From Vicugna vicugna (taxonomy: Eukaryota), in assembly GCA_013265495.1 (NCBI GenBank), contig MU058289.1, positions 1,299,451 through 1,363,450 of the forward strand: a stretch of DNA of 64,000 nt. Reading direction: 5' to 3'. Below are positions 1-11,874 of the stretch, one piece after another (position 1 is the stretch's first letter; every line of letters begins with the position of its first letter). The translations under genes and the position numbers were made by a program. The notes under the pieces are model-generated. The model worked only from the letters and a program-made list of their open reading frames with translations, searched no databases and was not told where the DNA came from.

Positions 1-826
1 AATGAGGTATCACCTCACACCAGTCAGAATGGCCGTCATTCAAAAATCCACAAATGACAAATGCTGGAGAGGCTGTGGAGAAAGGGGAACCCTCCTACAC
101 TGCTGGTGGGAATGCAGTTTGGTGCAGCCACTATGGAAAACAGTGTGGAGATTCCTCAAAAGACTAGGAATAGACTTACCGTATGACCCAGGAATGCCGC
201 TCCTGGGATTGTATCCAGAAGGAAATCTACTTCAGGATGACACCTGCACCCCAATGTTCATAGCAGCACTATTTACAATAGCCAAAACATGGAAACAGCC
301 TAAATGTCCATCAACAGGTGACTGGATAAAGAAGATGTGGTATATTTATACGATGGAATACTACTCAGCCATAAAAACCGACAACATAATGCCATTTGCA
401 GCAACATGGATGCTCCTGGAGAATGTCATTCTAAGTGAAGTAAGCCAGAAAGAGAAAGAAATATACCATATGAGATCGCTCATATGCGGAATCTAAAAAA
501 CAAAAACAAAAACAAACAAGCAAACAAAAACAAAGCATAAATACAGGACAGAAATAGACTCACAGACAGAGAATACAGACTTGTTGTTACCAGGGGGGTG
601 GAGGGTGGGAAGGGATAGACTGGGATTTTAAAATTGTAGAATAGATAAACAAGATTACACTGTATAGCACACGGAAATATACACAAAATGTTATGATAAC
701 TCACAGAGAAAAAAATGTGACAATGAGTGTGTATATGTCCATGAATGACTGAAAAATTGTGCTAAACACTGGAATTTGACACAACATTGTAAAATGATTA
801 TAAATCAATAAAAAATGTTAAAAAAA
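1..826 (+). mobile_element. Young LINE-1 3' end (ORF2 C-terminus, 3'UTR, A-tail); continues off the left edge of the window
   Basis: ORF 2..496 encodes an uninterrupted L1 ORF2 C-terminus ([11 protein letters not shown]...[18 protein letters not shown]...[18 protein letters not shown]); AATAAA at 807-812 followed by an A-rich tail. Confidence 0.95.
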
Positions 827-2745
827 TTGGTGAAGGAAATTAAGAAGACACATACAAATGGAAAGACATTCTGTGTTCATGGATTGGAAGAATGAATGTT
901 AAAACATTCATACTCCACAAAGTGATCTACATATTCAATGCAATCCCTATCAATATACCAATGGCATTGTTTACAGAAACGGAAAACATAATCCTAAAAA
1001 AGCCCCAAATCCACCAAAAAAAACCCAGATAGCCAAAACAATCTTGAGTAAAAGGAACAAAGCTGGAAGTATCACACTCTGATTTCAAAATATATTATAA
1101 AGTTGTAGTATTCAAAATAATGATACTGGCATAAAAATTGACACATACGCCAGGGGAACAGAGTAGAGAGCACAGAATATACTCCTTGCATACACAGTCA
1201 GCTGAACTTCAACAAGGGTGTCAGGATACACAATAGTTGAAAGGATGTTCCCTTCAAAATGGTGCTGGGAAACTGGATATCCACATACAGAAGAAGGAAG
1301 TTGTATTCTTATCTCACACCATATACAAGCATCAGCTCAGAATAAAGGCTTAAATGTAAGACCTAAAACTGTAAAAATCCCTAAAAGAAAACATAGAAAA
1401 AAATGCTTCTTGACACTGTCTTGGAAACAATTTTTTGGTCATGACACCAAAAGCATATACAACAAAAGCAAAAATTGAAAAGTGGAACCACATCAAACTC
1501 AAAAGCTACTGGGGAGCAAAAGAAACAGTCAAGAGTGAGAAGATAATCTATGAAATGAGAGAAAATATTTGCAACCCATATATCTGATAAGGGGTTAATA
1601 TCCAAAATATATGAGGAATTTAAAAAACTTAACAGCAAAAAAAGAGAGAAAACAAAAAACAGCCCAATTTAAACTGGCAACAGACACGCCAGTTTTTTCA
1701 AAGAACACATACAAATGGCCAATAGGTACATGAAAAGTTGGTAAAAATCACTAATAATCAGGGAAATGCAAATCAAAACCACAATGAGATACCACTCCAC
1801 ACTTGTTAGAATGGCTGTTATCAAAAAGACAAAAGATAATACGTGTTGTTGAGGACGTGGAATAAAGGGAACCCTTGTGCACTCTTGGTGGAATGTAAAT
1901 TTGCACAGCCATTAAGGAAAACAGTAGGAAGTTTCCTTAAATTTTTTAAAATAGAACTCCCACATGATCTAGCAATTCCACTTTTAGGTATGTATCCAAA
2001 GGAGAGGAAATCAGTATCTTTAAAAGATGTCTGCACTCCCATACTCATTGCAGCATTATTCACAATAGAATTTTATAAACTATATTAAATTATATAGCTA
2101 TATTAACATATATTATATACACATTATATATAATAAATACATAATGGAATTGTATATAGAGAAAAGACTATACCTATATTTATATATCTCTCAGATGGAT
2201 AAATAAAGAGAGAGATGGATAGAGATAATGGAATATCACTCAGCCTTAGAAAAGAAGTAAATCCTGCCATTTGTGAAAACACAGATGAACCTAGAGCTCA
2301 TTATGCTAAGTGAAATAAGACAGACACAAAAAGACAATACTGCATGATCTCACTCATATGTGGAGTCTAAAATAGTCAAACTCACAGAAGCAGAGAATAG
2401 AATTGAATTGGTGGTGGCCCTAGGCAGGGAGCCGGGGGTGGGCAAAATGGGTGACGAGACATCAAAAAGTACAAAATTCTGGTTATAAGATAAATATGTT
2501 ATGGGGATGTAATGTACAATATGGTGACTATTTTTAATAATACTGTGTTGCATATTTGAATGTTGCTAAAGGAGTGATCTTAAAATTCTCATCACAAGAA
2601 AAAAATGTGTAACTATGTATGCTGATACAAGTTAACTAGACTTACTGTGCTGATCATTTTGCCATATGAACAAATGTCAAATCGTTACGCTGTATATCTG
2701 AAACCATTATGCTTTTATATTCCATTTATATCTCAATTTTTTAAA
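827..2745 (+). mobile_element. Older degraded LINE-1 (ORF2 remnant plus 3'UTR), interrupted at its left end by the younger L1
   Basis: Frameshifted ORF2 motifs (KWKDI.CSWIGR; GNPCALLVECK; LPHDLAIPLLGMYPKE). Confidence 0.85.
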
Positions 2746-5500
2746 AGACAAGAGATAACAAGTGTTGGCAAAGGTGTGGAGAAAAGGTGCACCTGTGCAC
2801 TGTCGGTGGGAAATTGGTACAGCTACTATGGAAAATAGTGTGGAAGTTCCTCAAAAAATTAAAAGTAGAACTACCATATGATCCAGCAATTCCACTTCTG
2901 GGTAAGTATCCAGAGGAAATGAAATCACCATCTCAAAGAGACTCTGCATCCTTAAGTTCACTGCAGCGTTATTCACAATAGCTAAGACATGGAAACAACC
3001 TAGATGTCCATGAATAGAAAGTGGATAAAGAAGCTGTGGGGGAAATGTGTGTGTGTGTATATGTATATAGATATAAATGGGATATTATTCAGCCATGAGA
3101 AAGAAGGAAGTCCTATCATTTGCAACAACATGGATGGACCTTGAGGTCATTATACTGCTTGAAATAAGTCAGACAGAAAAAGATAAATACAGTATAATCT
3201 CACTTATATGTGGAATCTGAAAAAGCTGAAATTACAGAAACAGAGAGTAGAATGGTGGTTACCAGGGATGGGGGGGAGTGAAATGGGGAAATGTTGGTCA
3301 AAGGGTACAAACTTCCAGTTACAAGATGGGTAAGTTCTGGGGATCTCCTGCATGGCAATGTGATTATAGTTAAAAATACTGTATTATGTACTTAATAGGT
3401 GTTAAGAGAGTAAATCTTAAATGTTCTCACCACAAAAACTAAGTAGTGATAATGTGATGTGATGAAGGTGTTAGCTAATGCCATGATGGTAATCATTTTG
3501 TAATACATAAATGCATCAGATAGATCAACACATTTTTCACTTTATTTTTTTTTGTTTGTTTGTTTTGTTTGTTTTTTAACATTTTTTATGGAGTTATAGT
3601 CATCTTACAATGTTGTGTCAAATTCCAGTGTAGAGCACAATTTTTCAGTTATACATGAACATACATATATTCATTGCCACATTTTTTTCACTGTGAGCTA
3701 CCATAAGATCTTATATATATTTCCCTGTGCTATACAGTATAATCTTGTTTACCTATTCTACATTTTGAAATCCCAGTCTGTCCCTTCCCACCCCCTGCTC
3801 CCTTGGCAACCACAAGTTTGTATTCTATGTCTATGAGTCTGTTTCTGTTTTGTATTTATGTGGGGTTTTTTTAGATTCCACATATGAGCGATCTCATATG
3901 GTATTTTTCTTTCTCTGTCTGGCTTACTTCACTTAGAATGACATTCTCCAGGGACATCCATGTTGCTGCAAATGGCGTTATCTTTTCACTTTTTATAGCT
4001 GAATAGTATTCCATTGTATAAATATATCACATCTTCTTTATCCAGTCATCTGTTGATGGACATTTAGGCTGTTTCCATGTCTTGGCTATTGTAAATAATG
4101 CTGCTATGAACATTGGGGTGCAGGTGTCTTTTTGAAGTAGAGTTCCTTCTAGATATATGCCCAGGAGCAGGATTCCTGGGTCATACGGTAAGTCTATTCC
4201 TAGTCTTTTGAGGAATCTCCATGCTATTTCCCACAATGGCTGCACCAAACTGCATTCCCACCAGCAGTGTAGGAGGGGCCCTTTTCTCCACAGCCTCTCC
4301 AGCATTTGTCATTTGTGGACTTTTGAATGATGGCCATTCTGGCTGGTGTGAGGTGATACTTCATTGTAGGTTTGATTAGCATTTCTCTGATAATTAGTGA
4401 TATTGAGCATTTTTTTCATGTGCCTATTGATCATTTGTATTTCTTCCTTGGAGACTTGTTTGTTTAGGTCTTCTGCCCATTTTTGGATTGGGTTGTTTGT
4501 TTTTTTCTTATTAAGTCGTATGAGCTGCTTATATATTCTGGAGATCAAGCCTTTGTTGGTTTCATTTGCAAAAATTTTCTCCCATTCCATATAGGTTGTT
4601 GTTTTGTTTTACTTACGGTTTCCTTTGCTGTGCAGAATCTTGTAAGTTTAATTAGGTCCCATTTGTTTATTCTTGCTTTTATTTCTATTGCTTGGGTAGA
4701 CTGCCCTAGGAGAACATTTTTGAGATATATGTCAGATAATGTTTTGCCTATCCTTTCTTCTAGGAGGTTTATTGTATCTTGTCTTATGTTTAAGTCTGTG
4801 ATCCATTTTGAGTTTATGTTTGTGTATGGTGTAAGGGAGTGTTCTAGCTTCATTGCTTTACATGCTGCTGTCCAGTTTTCCCAACACCATTTGCTGAAGA
4901 GACTGTCTTTATTCCATTGTATATTCTTGCCTCCTTTGTCAAAGATTAGTTGACCAAAAGTTTGTGGGTTCATTTCTGGGCTCTCTATTCTGTTCCATTG
5001 GTCCATATGTCTGTTTCTGTGCCAATACCATGCTGTTTTCATTACTGTAGTTCTATAGTATTGTCTGAAGTCTGGGAGAGTTATTCCTCCAGCCTCTTAC
5101 TTTTTATTCAGTAATGGTTTGGCAATTCTAGGTCTTTTGTGGTTCCATATAAATTTTATTATGATTTGTTCTAGTTCTGTGAAATATGTCCTGGGTAATT
5201 GGATAGGGATTACATTAAATCTGTAGATTGCCTTGGGCAGTATGACCATTTTAACAACATTGATTCTTCCAATCCAGGAGCATGGGATATCTTTCCATTT
5301 TTTAAAGTCTTCTTTAATTTCCTTCATCAGTGTTTTATTGTTTTCTGTGTATAAGTCTTTCACCTCCTTGGTTAGATTTACTCCTAGGTATTTTATTATT
5401 TTGGGTGCTATTTTAAAGGGGAACACATTTTACACTTTAGATTTACACATTGTTATATGTCAATCACGTCTCAGTAAAGCTAGGGGAAAATATATTTCTT
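2746..5500 (+). mobile_element. Old LINE-1 3' end, split by the antisense L1 insertion at 3537-5421
   Basis: VWKFLKKLKVELPYDPAIPLLG motif; L1 3'UTR-like sequence stops at about 3536 and resumes at about 5422. Confidence 0.75.
3537..5421 (-). mobile_element. 5'-truncated young LINE-1 (ORF2 C-terminal part plus 3'UTR) with a 10-bp target-site duplication
   Basis: Minus-strand ORFs 5097-5426, 4545-5042, 4309-4590 and 4027-4305 are L1 ORF2 pieces; T-rich tail at about 3540-3590; TSD AACACATTTT at 3527-3536 and 5422-5431. Confidence 0.93.
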
Positions 5501-6206
5501 GAAATCATAGAAAGGTATATCAAAAAAGAGTGGTTTTTCCTTTATGTAATTTTTTTTAATAATTAAAGCCCAAACAAGGCATAAAACATTTAATATACAT
5601 AACTCAGTTGAATAAGAGAAACTCTGCTGAGTAAAGGAAATCAGACCAAAAACTCTGCAGGCTGCATGCTTCTATGTCAATAAAGTTTCAGATAATGCAA
5701 ACATCTACACCGATGGAAAGCAGATCAGTGGTTGCCTTGAGATGAGAAAGTGGACAAGAAGAAGCAGGAAAGAGGTATTTCAAAGAGGCACAAGGAAACT
5801 TTTAGAAGTAATGGATCTTGATTATGGTGGTTTTTCCAGTTTCCACAACTGTCAAAATTTACAAATTGTACTCTTTAAATATATAAACTTATTGTATGTC
5901 AATTATACTTCAGCAAAGCTATTTAAGCAAAAAACAAAGTTTTAATATAACAAGATTTAAAAATACAACTAGAAACAACTTAGTAGACACATAGAATGTG
6001 GCATTTAAAAGTTAAGAAATATGCATTGTTTTCAATCATATGTAGAATATTATAAAAACTGAGCACGTATTAAGGATATAAAGTAAGACTCTAATTTCAA
6101 AGGATTTTTATATCATCCAGAGCATATAATTTGATCTCAATGTGATTATGGTAGAAATCAATAGCCCAAAAAATGATAAGGAAATCCTCATATCTATGGA
6201 AATTAA

Positions 6207-6667
6207 TGTTTAGGGGGGATTGCTCTTACTGTGTAACAAATAACCCCAAAGTTCAATGGATTAAAATGAGAATCACTTATAGTCGCTCCTGGGCTGCAAT
6301 TTGGCTGGAATTTCAGCTGATCTAAGCTAGACTTGGCTAGATGGTGCCCATCCAAGGTATGGGTCTGCTAGGACTTGGCTCCTCCCATAGGTTGGGCTCA
6401 AGTCTGATCCTTATCTGTTCCATTCCAGGGCTCAAGCTAAAGAACCAGCACATACCAGGGGAAAATAGTCTTGTAGTAATGACAGAGATGTGAGAAGGAA
6501 AGACCAACTATACAAACTGAAGCAACTGATTGCCTATTGTCTGCTCACATCCCACAAATCACATAATGCAGCTAAGCTTAGTATCAGTGGAGTGAGGAAG
6601 TGTACTCCTGCAATGTAGCTACAGAGACAAAGTAAATGTTTTTGAGCAATAATTTAATCTACCACAA
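6207..6667. mobile_element. Old MaLR (MLT1-like) solo LTR remnant
   Basis: Begins with MLT1-like 'attgctcttactgtgtaacaaataaccccaaa' and ends 'aataatttaatctaccaca'; recognised from recalled consensus only. Confidence 0.5.
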
Positions 6668-6709
6668 ACTAACAAAAGTTTGGGGATAGGGACATTAAAA
6701 AGGCACAAA

Positions 6710-7565
6710 TAGATGGTGGAGTGGTAGGACCATGAGCTCACCTCTCCTTGTGACTACAACGAAACCACAACTGACTGCTAAACAACCATCAAAAAAAAAG
6801 ACTGGAACCTAGCAAAAAAGATCTTCAACTAGAAACATAAAGAGGAAACCACAGCAGGACGGTAGGAGGAGTGGGCTCACAATGTAATTGAGCCCCATAC
6901 CCCCCGGGTGGGCAACCCACAAGCTGAGGAATGGTTGAGTCGCAGAGGCCCGCCCACAGAGGTGAGAGTTCTAGGACCCATGTCAGGCTCCCCAGCCCGG
7001 GATTCCAGCATTGGGAGGAGGAGGAGACCCCAGGATATGTCCTAAATGTCCAATGATATTTGATTGGATAAAAAGATATGGTATATATATGCAATGGATT
7101 ACTACTCAGTCATAAAAAATAATAAAATGATGCAATTTGCCGCAACATGGATGGAATTAGAGATGGTCATTCTAAGTTAAGTAAACCAGAAAGAGAAAGA
7201 AAAATACCACATGATATCACTTACACCTGGAATCTGAAAAAAAAAAAACACACAAATGAACTTATTTATAAAACAGAAACAGACACAGACATAGAAAACA
7301 AAATTAGGGTTACTGGAGGGGAAGAGGGTAGGAAGGGACAAATTGAGAGTTTGGGATTTGCAGATACTAACTACTACATACAAAATAGATAAACAGCAAG
7401 ATTCCATTGTATAGCATAGGGAACTATATTCAATGTCTTATAGTAACCTATAATGAAAAAGAATATGAAAGGAATATACGTACATATATGAGTGACTGAA
7501 ATATTATGTTCTACACCAGAAATTGACACAACGTTGTAAGCTGACTATACTTCAATTAAGAAAAC
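6710..7565 (+). mobile_element. L1 5'UTR-like segment (about 6710-7035) joined directly to an L1 3' end (about 7040-7565)
   Basis: Start 'agatggtggagtggtaggac...gagctcacctctcc' resembles a cetartiodactyl L1 5' end; followed by 'cctaaatgtccaatga...ggataaaaaagatatggtatatatatgcaatggattactactcag' (ORF2 end) and a 3'UTR ending 'ctgactatacttcaattaagaaaa'. Confidence 0.6.
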
Positions 7566-7879
7566 TCTTAGAAAGTAAAAATAAAAGAATATATCTTTAA
7601 TCTAATAATATGTCTACCAAAAAAATTCCCACAGTAAATTTCCTATTTAATGGTGAAATATCAAAAGCTATCATTTTGAATCTGGGTAAAGGGTAGCCAG
7701 AAATACTTTATATTTTTGCAACTTTCTTGTAAGCCTGAAATTATGCCATATCAAACAATAATAATATAAGATAAAAAGTTGTCAAAAGCAAAACAAAACA
7801 AAAAACCTTTCCTTTGGGTTTGTGTGTGTGTGTGTGTGACTTATAAAGTAGTTTATTCTTATGTTTCCTTTTTTTTTCC

Positions 7880-9660
7880 CCATGATCAAATGGGATTTAT
7901 TCCAGGGATACAAGAATGGTTCTATATCTGCAAATCAATCAAAGTGGTACACCACATTAACAAAACAAAGGATAAAAATCATATGAATATCTCAACACAT
8001 GCAAAAAGGCATTTGACAGAATTCAACATCCATTTATGACAAAAGCTCTCAACAAAGCAGATATAGGAATGTAACTCAACATAATAAAAGCCATATATGA
8101 CAAATGGTACTTTTGTACTTTATCATACTTAATGGTAAAAAATTGAAAGTTTTTTCTTTAAGACTAGAAACAAGACAATTGCCATTCTTGACACTTTTAT
8201 TCAACACAGCATTCTTCCCCTTGGGTTTAGATAGAAGACAAGGATGCCTACTTTCAGAAGAGGATTGCTATTCAACATTGTAGTAGAGATCCTACAAATG
8301 CCATAGAGGAAGAGAAGAAGCAATATATGTAGATTGGAAAGAAAGAAACAAACAAGTATCTGATATATTTATCTAAGTCTAAAAGAAATCTACAGATAAA
8401 ATATTAGTTTTTTAAATGCTGCATGCAAGTCAACATAGAATAATTAAAAGTTCTATACAGCAGCACAAACATTTAGAAAATTACATTGTAACAGGAGATA
8501 ACATTCACAACAGCATTAAAAATAACATGCCTACAACAAATGAATTAATAAATAAGATAGAAGGATAGATAGAGAGATATAAAACTATTGAGAGGAAATA
8601 AAATAAGGAAGACGAATAAATGGAGACATGTACCATCTTCATGGAGAGAAATACTAAATATCTTAAAATTTTTAATTATCTCCAAATTGATCAGCAGATT
8701 TAATGTGTGGTTAGGTCTAACTCAACAAGCTGGCTCTCAATTGACACGAAAATGCAAAGGGACCAAGACAGCAAAGACATTCTCAAACAAGGCCAAAGTG
8801 GAAGGACTTTCTTTACCAGAGTCAAGAACTAAAGCTTTAGTACTTAACACATTGGTATTGGCATTGAGACCGACAGACCAGTGGAAGAAAACAAAAATCA
8901 CAGAAGTAAACCAATATTCCTACATGAAACACTTGATTGTTTGACGAAGGTGGCACTGAAAAGCAGTGGGGAAAGGATGAACTTTTCCTATTGGTACCAG
9001 GACAATAAAGGGTCTTCTATATGGAAAAGCCATTAGACTCCTACCTCACAGTCACACACAAAATTTAATACTATATGGATTACAGACTTCATTGGGAAAG
9101 GCAAAACAATTAAAGCCTTTAGAAAGGATATAAGAGAGTATCTTTACAACCTTGGGAATAGCAAGATCCTTTAAAGAAAGGAGACATACACATAGACACA
9201 CACACACACACACCCTTGACTTTAAAGGGTAGCAATCATAAATTCAATTATATTAAATTCTAAACTTCTATTTATTAAAATACCATTAAGAGAGTGAAAA
9301 GGTAATCCACTGTGTTGGGGAAGATATTTTCAACAAATAAGCAACCAAGGCCTCTTATCCAGAATATAGAAAGAACTACAAATCAATTAGAGGGGGCAAA
9401 CTAAGAAAAGAAAATGCAAAACATAAATGGGAAAAATACTTCCGTTGGCATCTCACAAAATTATCAATAAGTGTACGAGGAAGTGCTCAACCTCATCATA
9501 CCAGTAAAAGCAAACTGAAACCACGATGAGGTAGCACTGCACACCTACCTACCGGTGGTTAATGTTAGAATGTCCTCTAATACCAGCTACTGTTGCTGTA
9601 GAGCAGCAGGAATTCATACACCGCTGCTGGGGCTGGGAACGCACATCAATGCAACCACTT
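7880..9660 (+). mobile_element. Degraded LINE-1 ORF2 remnants
   Basis: HDQMGFIPGIQEWFYICKSIKVVHHINKTKDKNHM (RT region) and further decayed ORF2 motifs. Confidence 0.8.
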
Positions 9661-9677
9661 TTCTGTTTTAATGTTAA

Positions 9678-9946
9678 TTTTTTTCTTTCTTCCTTCCTTC
9701 CTTTCTTTCTCTTTCTTTCTTTCCTTCCTTCTTTCTTTCTTTCCTTCCTTCCTTCCTTCCTTTTCTTTCTTTCTCTTTCCTTCTTTCTTTCCCTCTCTCT
9801 TCCTTCCTTCCTTTCTCTCTTTCTCTCTTTCTTTCTCTTCCTTCCTTCCTTCCCTTCTTCCTTCCTTCCTTCCTTCCTTCCTTCCTTCCTTCCTTTTTTC
9901 CTTTCCTTTCTTCCTTTCTTTTTCTTTCTTTCTTTCCTTTTCTTTT

Positions 9947-9992
<46 letters not shown>

Positions 9993-10391
9993 TTCTTCCT
10001 TCCTTCCTTCCTCCCTCCCTCCCTTTCTCTCTCTTTCTTCCTTCCTTCCTTCCTTCCTTTCTTTCTCTTTCTTTCTCTTTTTCTTTCCTTCTTTCTTTCT
10101 TTCTTTCCTTCCCTTTCTTTCTCTTTCTTTCTTTCTTTCCCTCTCCCTTCCTTCCTTTTCTCTCTTTCTTTCTCTTCCTTCCTTCCTTCCCTTCTTCCTT
10201 CCTTTCTTCCTTTCCTTTCTTCCTTTCTTTCCTTTTCTTTCTTTCTTCCTTCCTTCTTTATTCCTTTCTCCCTCCCTCCCTCCCTTCCTCTTTCTTTCTT
10301 TCTCTTTCTTTCTTTCTTTCCCTCTCCCTTCCTTCCTTTTCTCTCTTTCTTTCTCTTCCTTCCTTCCTTCCTTCCTTCCTTCCTTCCTTCC
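9678..10391. repeat. About 710-bp polypyrimidine/polypurine compound microsatellite, (TTTC)n/(TTCC)n
   Basis: Almost exclusively C/T on the + strand; it explains the low-complexity ORFs 9549-10397, 9562-10569 and 9671-10450. Confidence 0.98.
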
Positions 10392-11874
10392 TACCACACA
10401 AAAGTTGGGAAGGGAAGGAAGGGTGTCCAGGAGCCTACATCATAATCTGAGCTTCCGCAGCGCCCACGCCATGTGCGCAGCTCGGCGCCCGGCGGCCGCC
10501 CTGGCGAAGGCGGCCCCGCGCTGGGTGTCCGCTTTCTCGGCGCGCCCGCTGGCCGGCGGGGAGCCGTGAGCCTGGGCTCCCTGCGGGGCAGGTGCTGCTC
10601 ACTGAGAATGTGGCGTCGCTCTGGGGCACAGCGGTCCGGGGCTGCACGCAGATGAATGAGCTGCAGCAGCGCCTCCGGCCTGGTGCCTGGCTGACTCGGC
10701 TTCCGGTGCAGCCAGTTTGGGCAGCGGGAGAACGCCAAGAACGAGGAGGTCCTAAACTGCCTCAAGTTCATCCGACCAGGCAACGGGTTCGAGCCCAGTT
10801 TCATGCTCTTTGAGACATACGATGTGAACAGCACGAGGCGCACCTGCTCTTCGCCTTTCTTCGCGAGGCTCTTCATGCCCAGTGACGACGCCATTGCCTT
10901 CATGACCGACCCCAAGTTCATCACCTGGTCTCCAGTGTGCCACAACGACGTGACGTTCCTGGTGGGCCCGGATGGTGTGCCTGTGCGCAGGCACAGCCGC
11001 CGCTTTCTGACCATTGACGTCGAGCCTGACATCGAAGCCCTGCTGTCCCAGGGGCCCAGCTGTGCCTAAGGTTCCCCTCCCATCCCTGCTGCTTGGCAGT
11101 CACGGCGCTGCCCTCTGGGGATTTTACCCGTGAACGTGTTTACAAACCTACATGGAGGGAACGCCTGTTGTCCAGAAAAATCCTGAGATGGGCGCTGCCC
11201 TGTCCATCTCGGCTTTTGTTTTCCCAGACCACAGCATCTCACTAATAAAGTGCTGGTTGTCAGCAGGAAAAAAACAAAAAGCAAACAAACAAAAACCTGG
11301 GCTGAGGAAAGACAAAGAGCTACTTAAAGAAATGAGTAGCTGGAGCAAACTGCAGAAATCAAAACGCACTGGGCCCACGGGCCAGCAGCCCGGGCCAGCC
11401 ACCTTTATGAGCACCAGCCAGGTGCAGCAGGGACCACATGGTGCTGGCCCCAGTCATTGCTCCTTTTCAGGAGGGGAGAAGCAGAAGCTCCCTCTTCAGA
11501 CCTGGCGGTCTTGTGCTCCTTCATGGCCTGTTCTCAATCACTGCCATTGAACGTCTCAGTGACCACACGTGACCTGGTGCCCTCATCCAGGCAGCGCGGG
11601 GCGATCCCAAAGCCTTCAGAGTTTGAGCGGGGCGTGTGAGAGCTCTGGACACCACGTCTCTCACAGAAAGCTGGGGCGGGCTTTGTGTCTGTTGTACACA
11701 TTTGTGATGACGCTCTCGGCTCCCTTTGGGAGCTTGAGCCAAGAAGCTGGAGCAGGAAGTGCCTGTTCTGCTTCCTCTAGCAACTGCTGCAGTTGCAAAG
11801 ACATGCAAGTCTGCCGAGGCCCAGACTTCAAAACGACCTGCTTCACAGTGGCAGCCTCCTCTGGGTTTCACCAG
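10392..11874 (-). pseudogene. CENPV: 5'-truncated processed pseudogene of centromere protein V (CDS remnant 11489-11874; 3'UTR split by the GPX1 retrocopy)
   Basis: Across frameshifts it reads LVKPRGGCHCEAGRFEVWASADLHVF/CNCSSC*RKQNRHF/PASWLKLPKGAESVITNVYNRHKARPSF/CERRGVQSSHTPRSNSEGFGIAPRCLDEGTRSRVVTETFNGSD*EQAMKEHKT, matching the recalled CENPV GFA domain and C-terminus; no introns; stops at 11777-11779 and 11534-11536. Confidence 0.88.
10454..11293 (+). pseudogene. GPX1: Processed pseudogene of glutathione peroxidase 1
   Basis: ATG 10471: MCAARR...[13 protein letters not shown], then [12 protein letters not shown]...[10 protein letters not shown], then [54 protein letters not shown] (stop ends at 11069); intronless with several frameshifts; decayed SECIS at about 11120-11180, AATAAA at 11244-11249, A-rich tail 11268-11295. 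Confidence 0.95.

Noticed and set aside
9549..10569. Long ORFs of 282, 335 and 259 aa (K/E/R-rich or F/L/S-rich)
   Set aside because: They are translations of the (TTTC/TTCC)n tract; only the last ~33 codons of the 335-aa ORF belong to the GPX1 pseudogene
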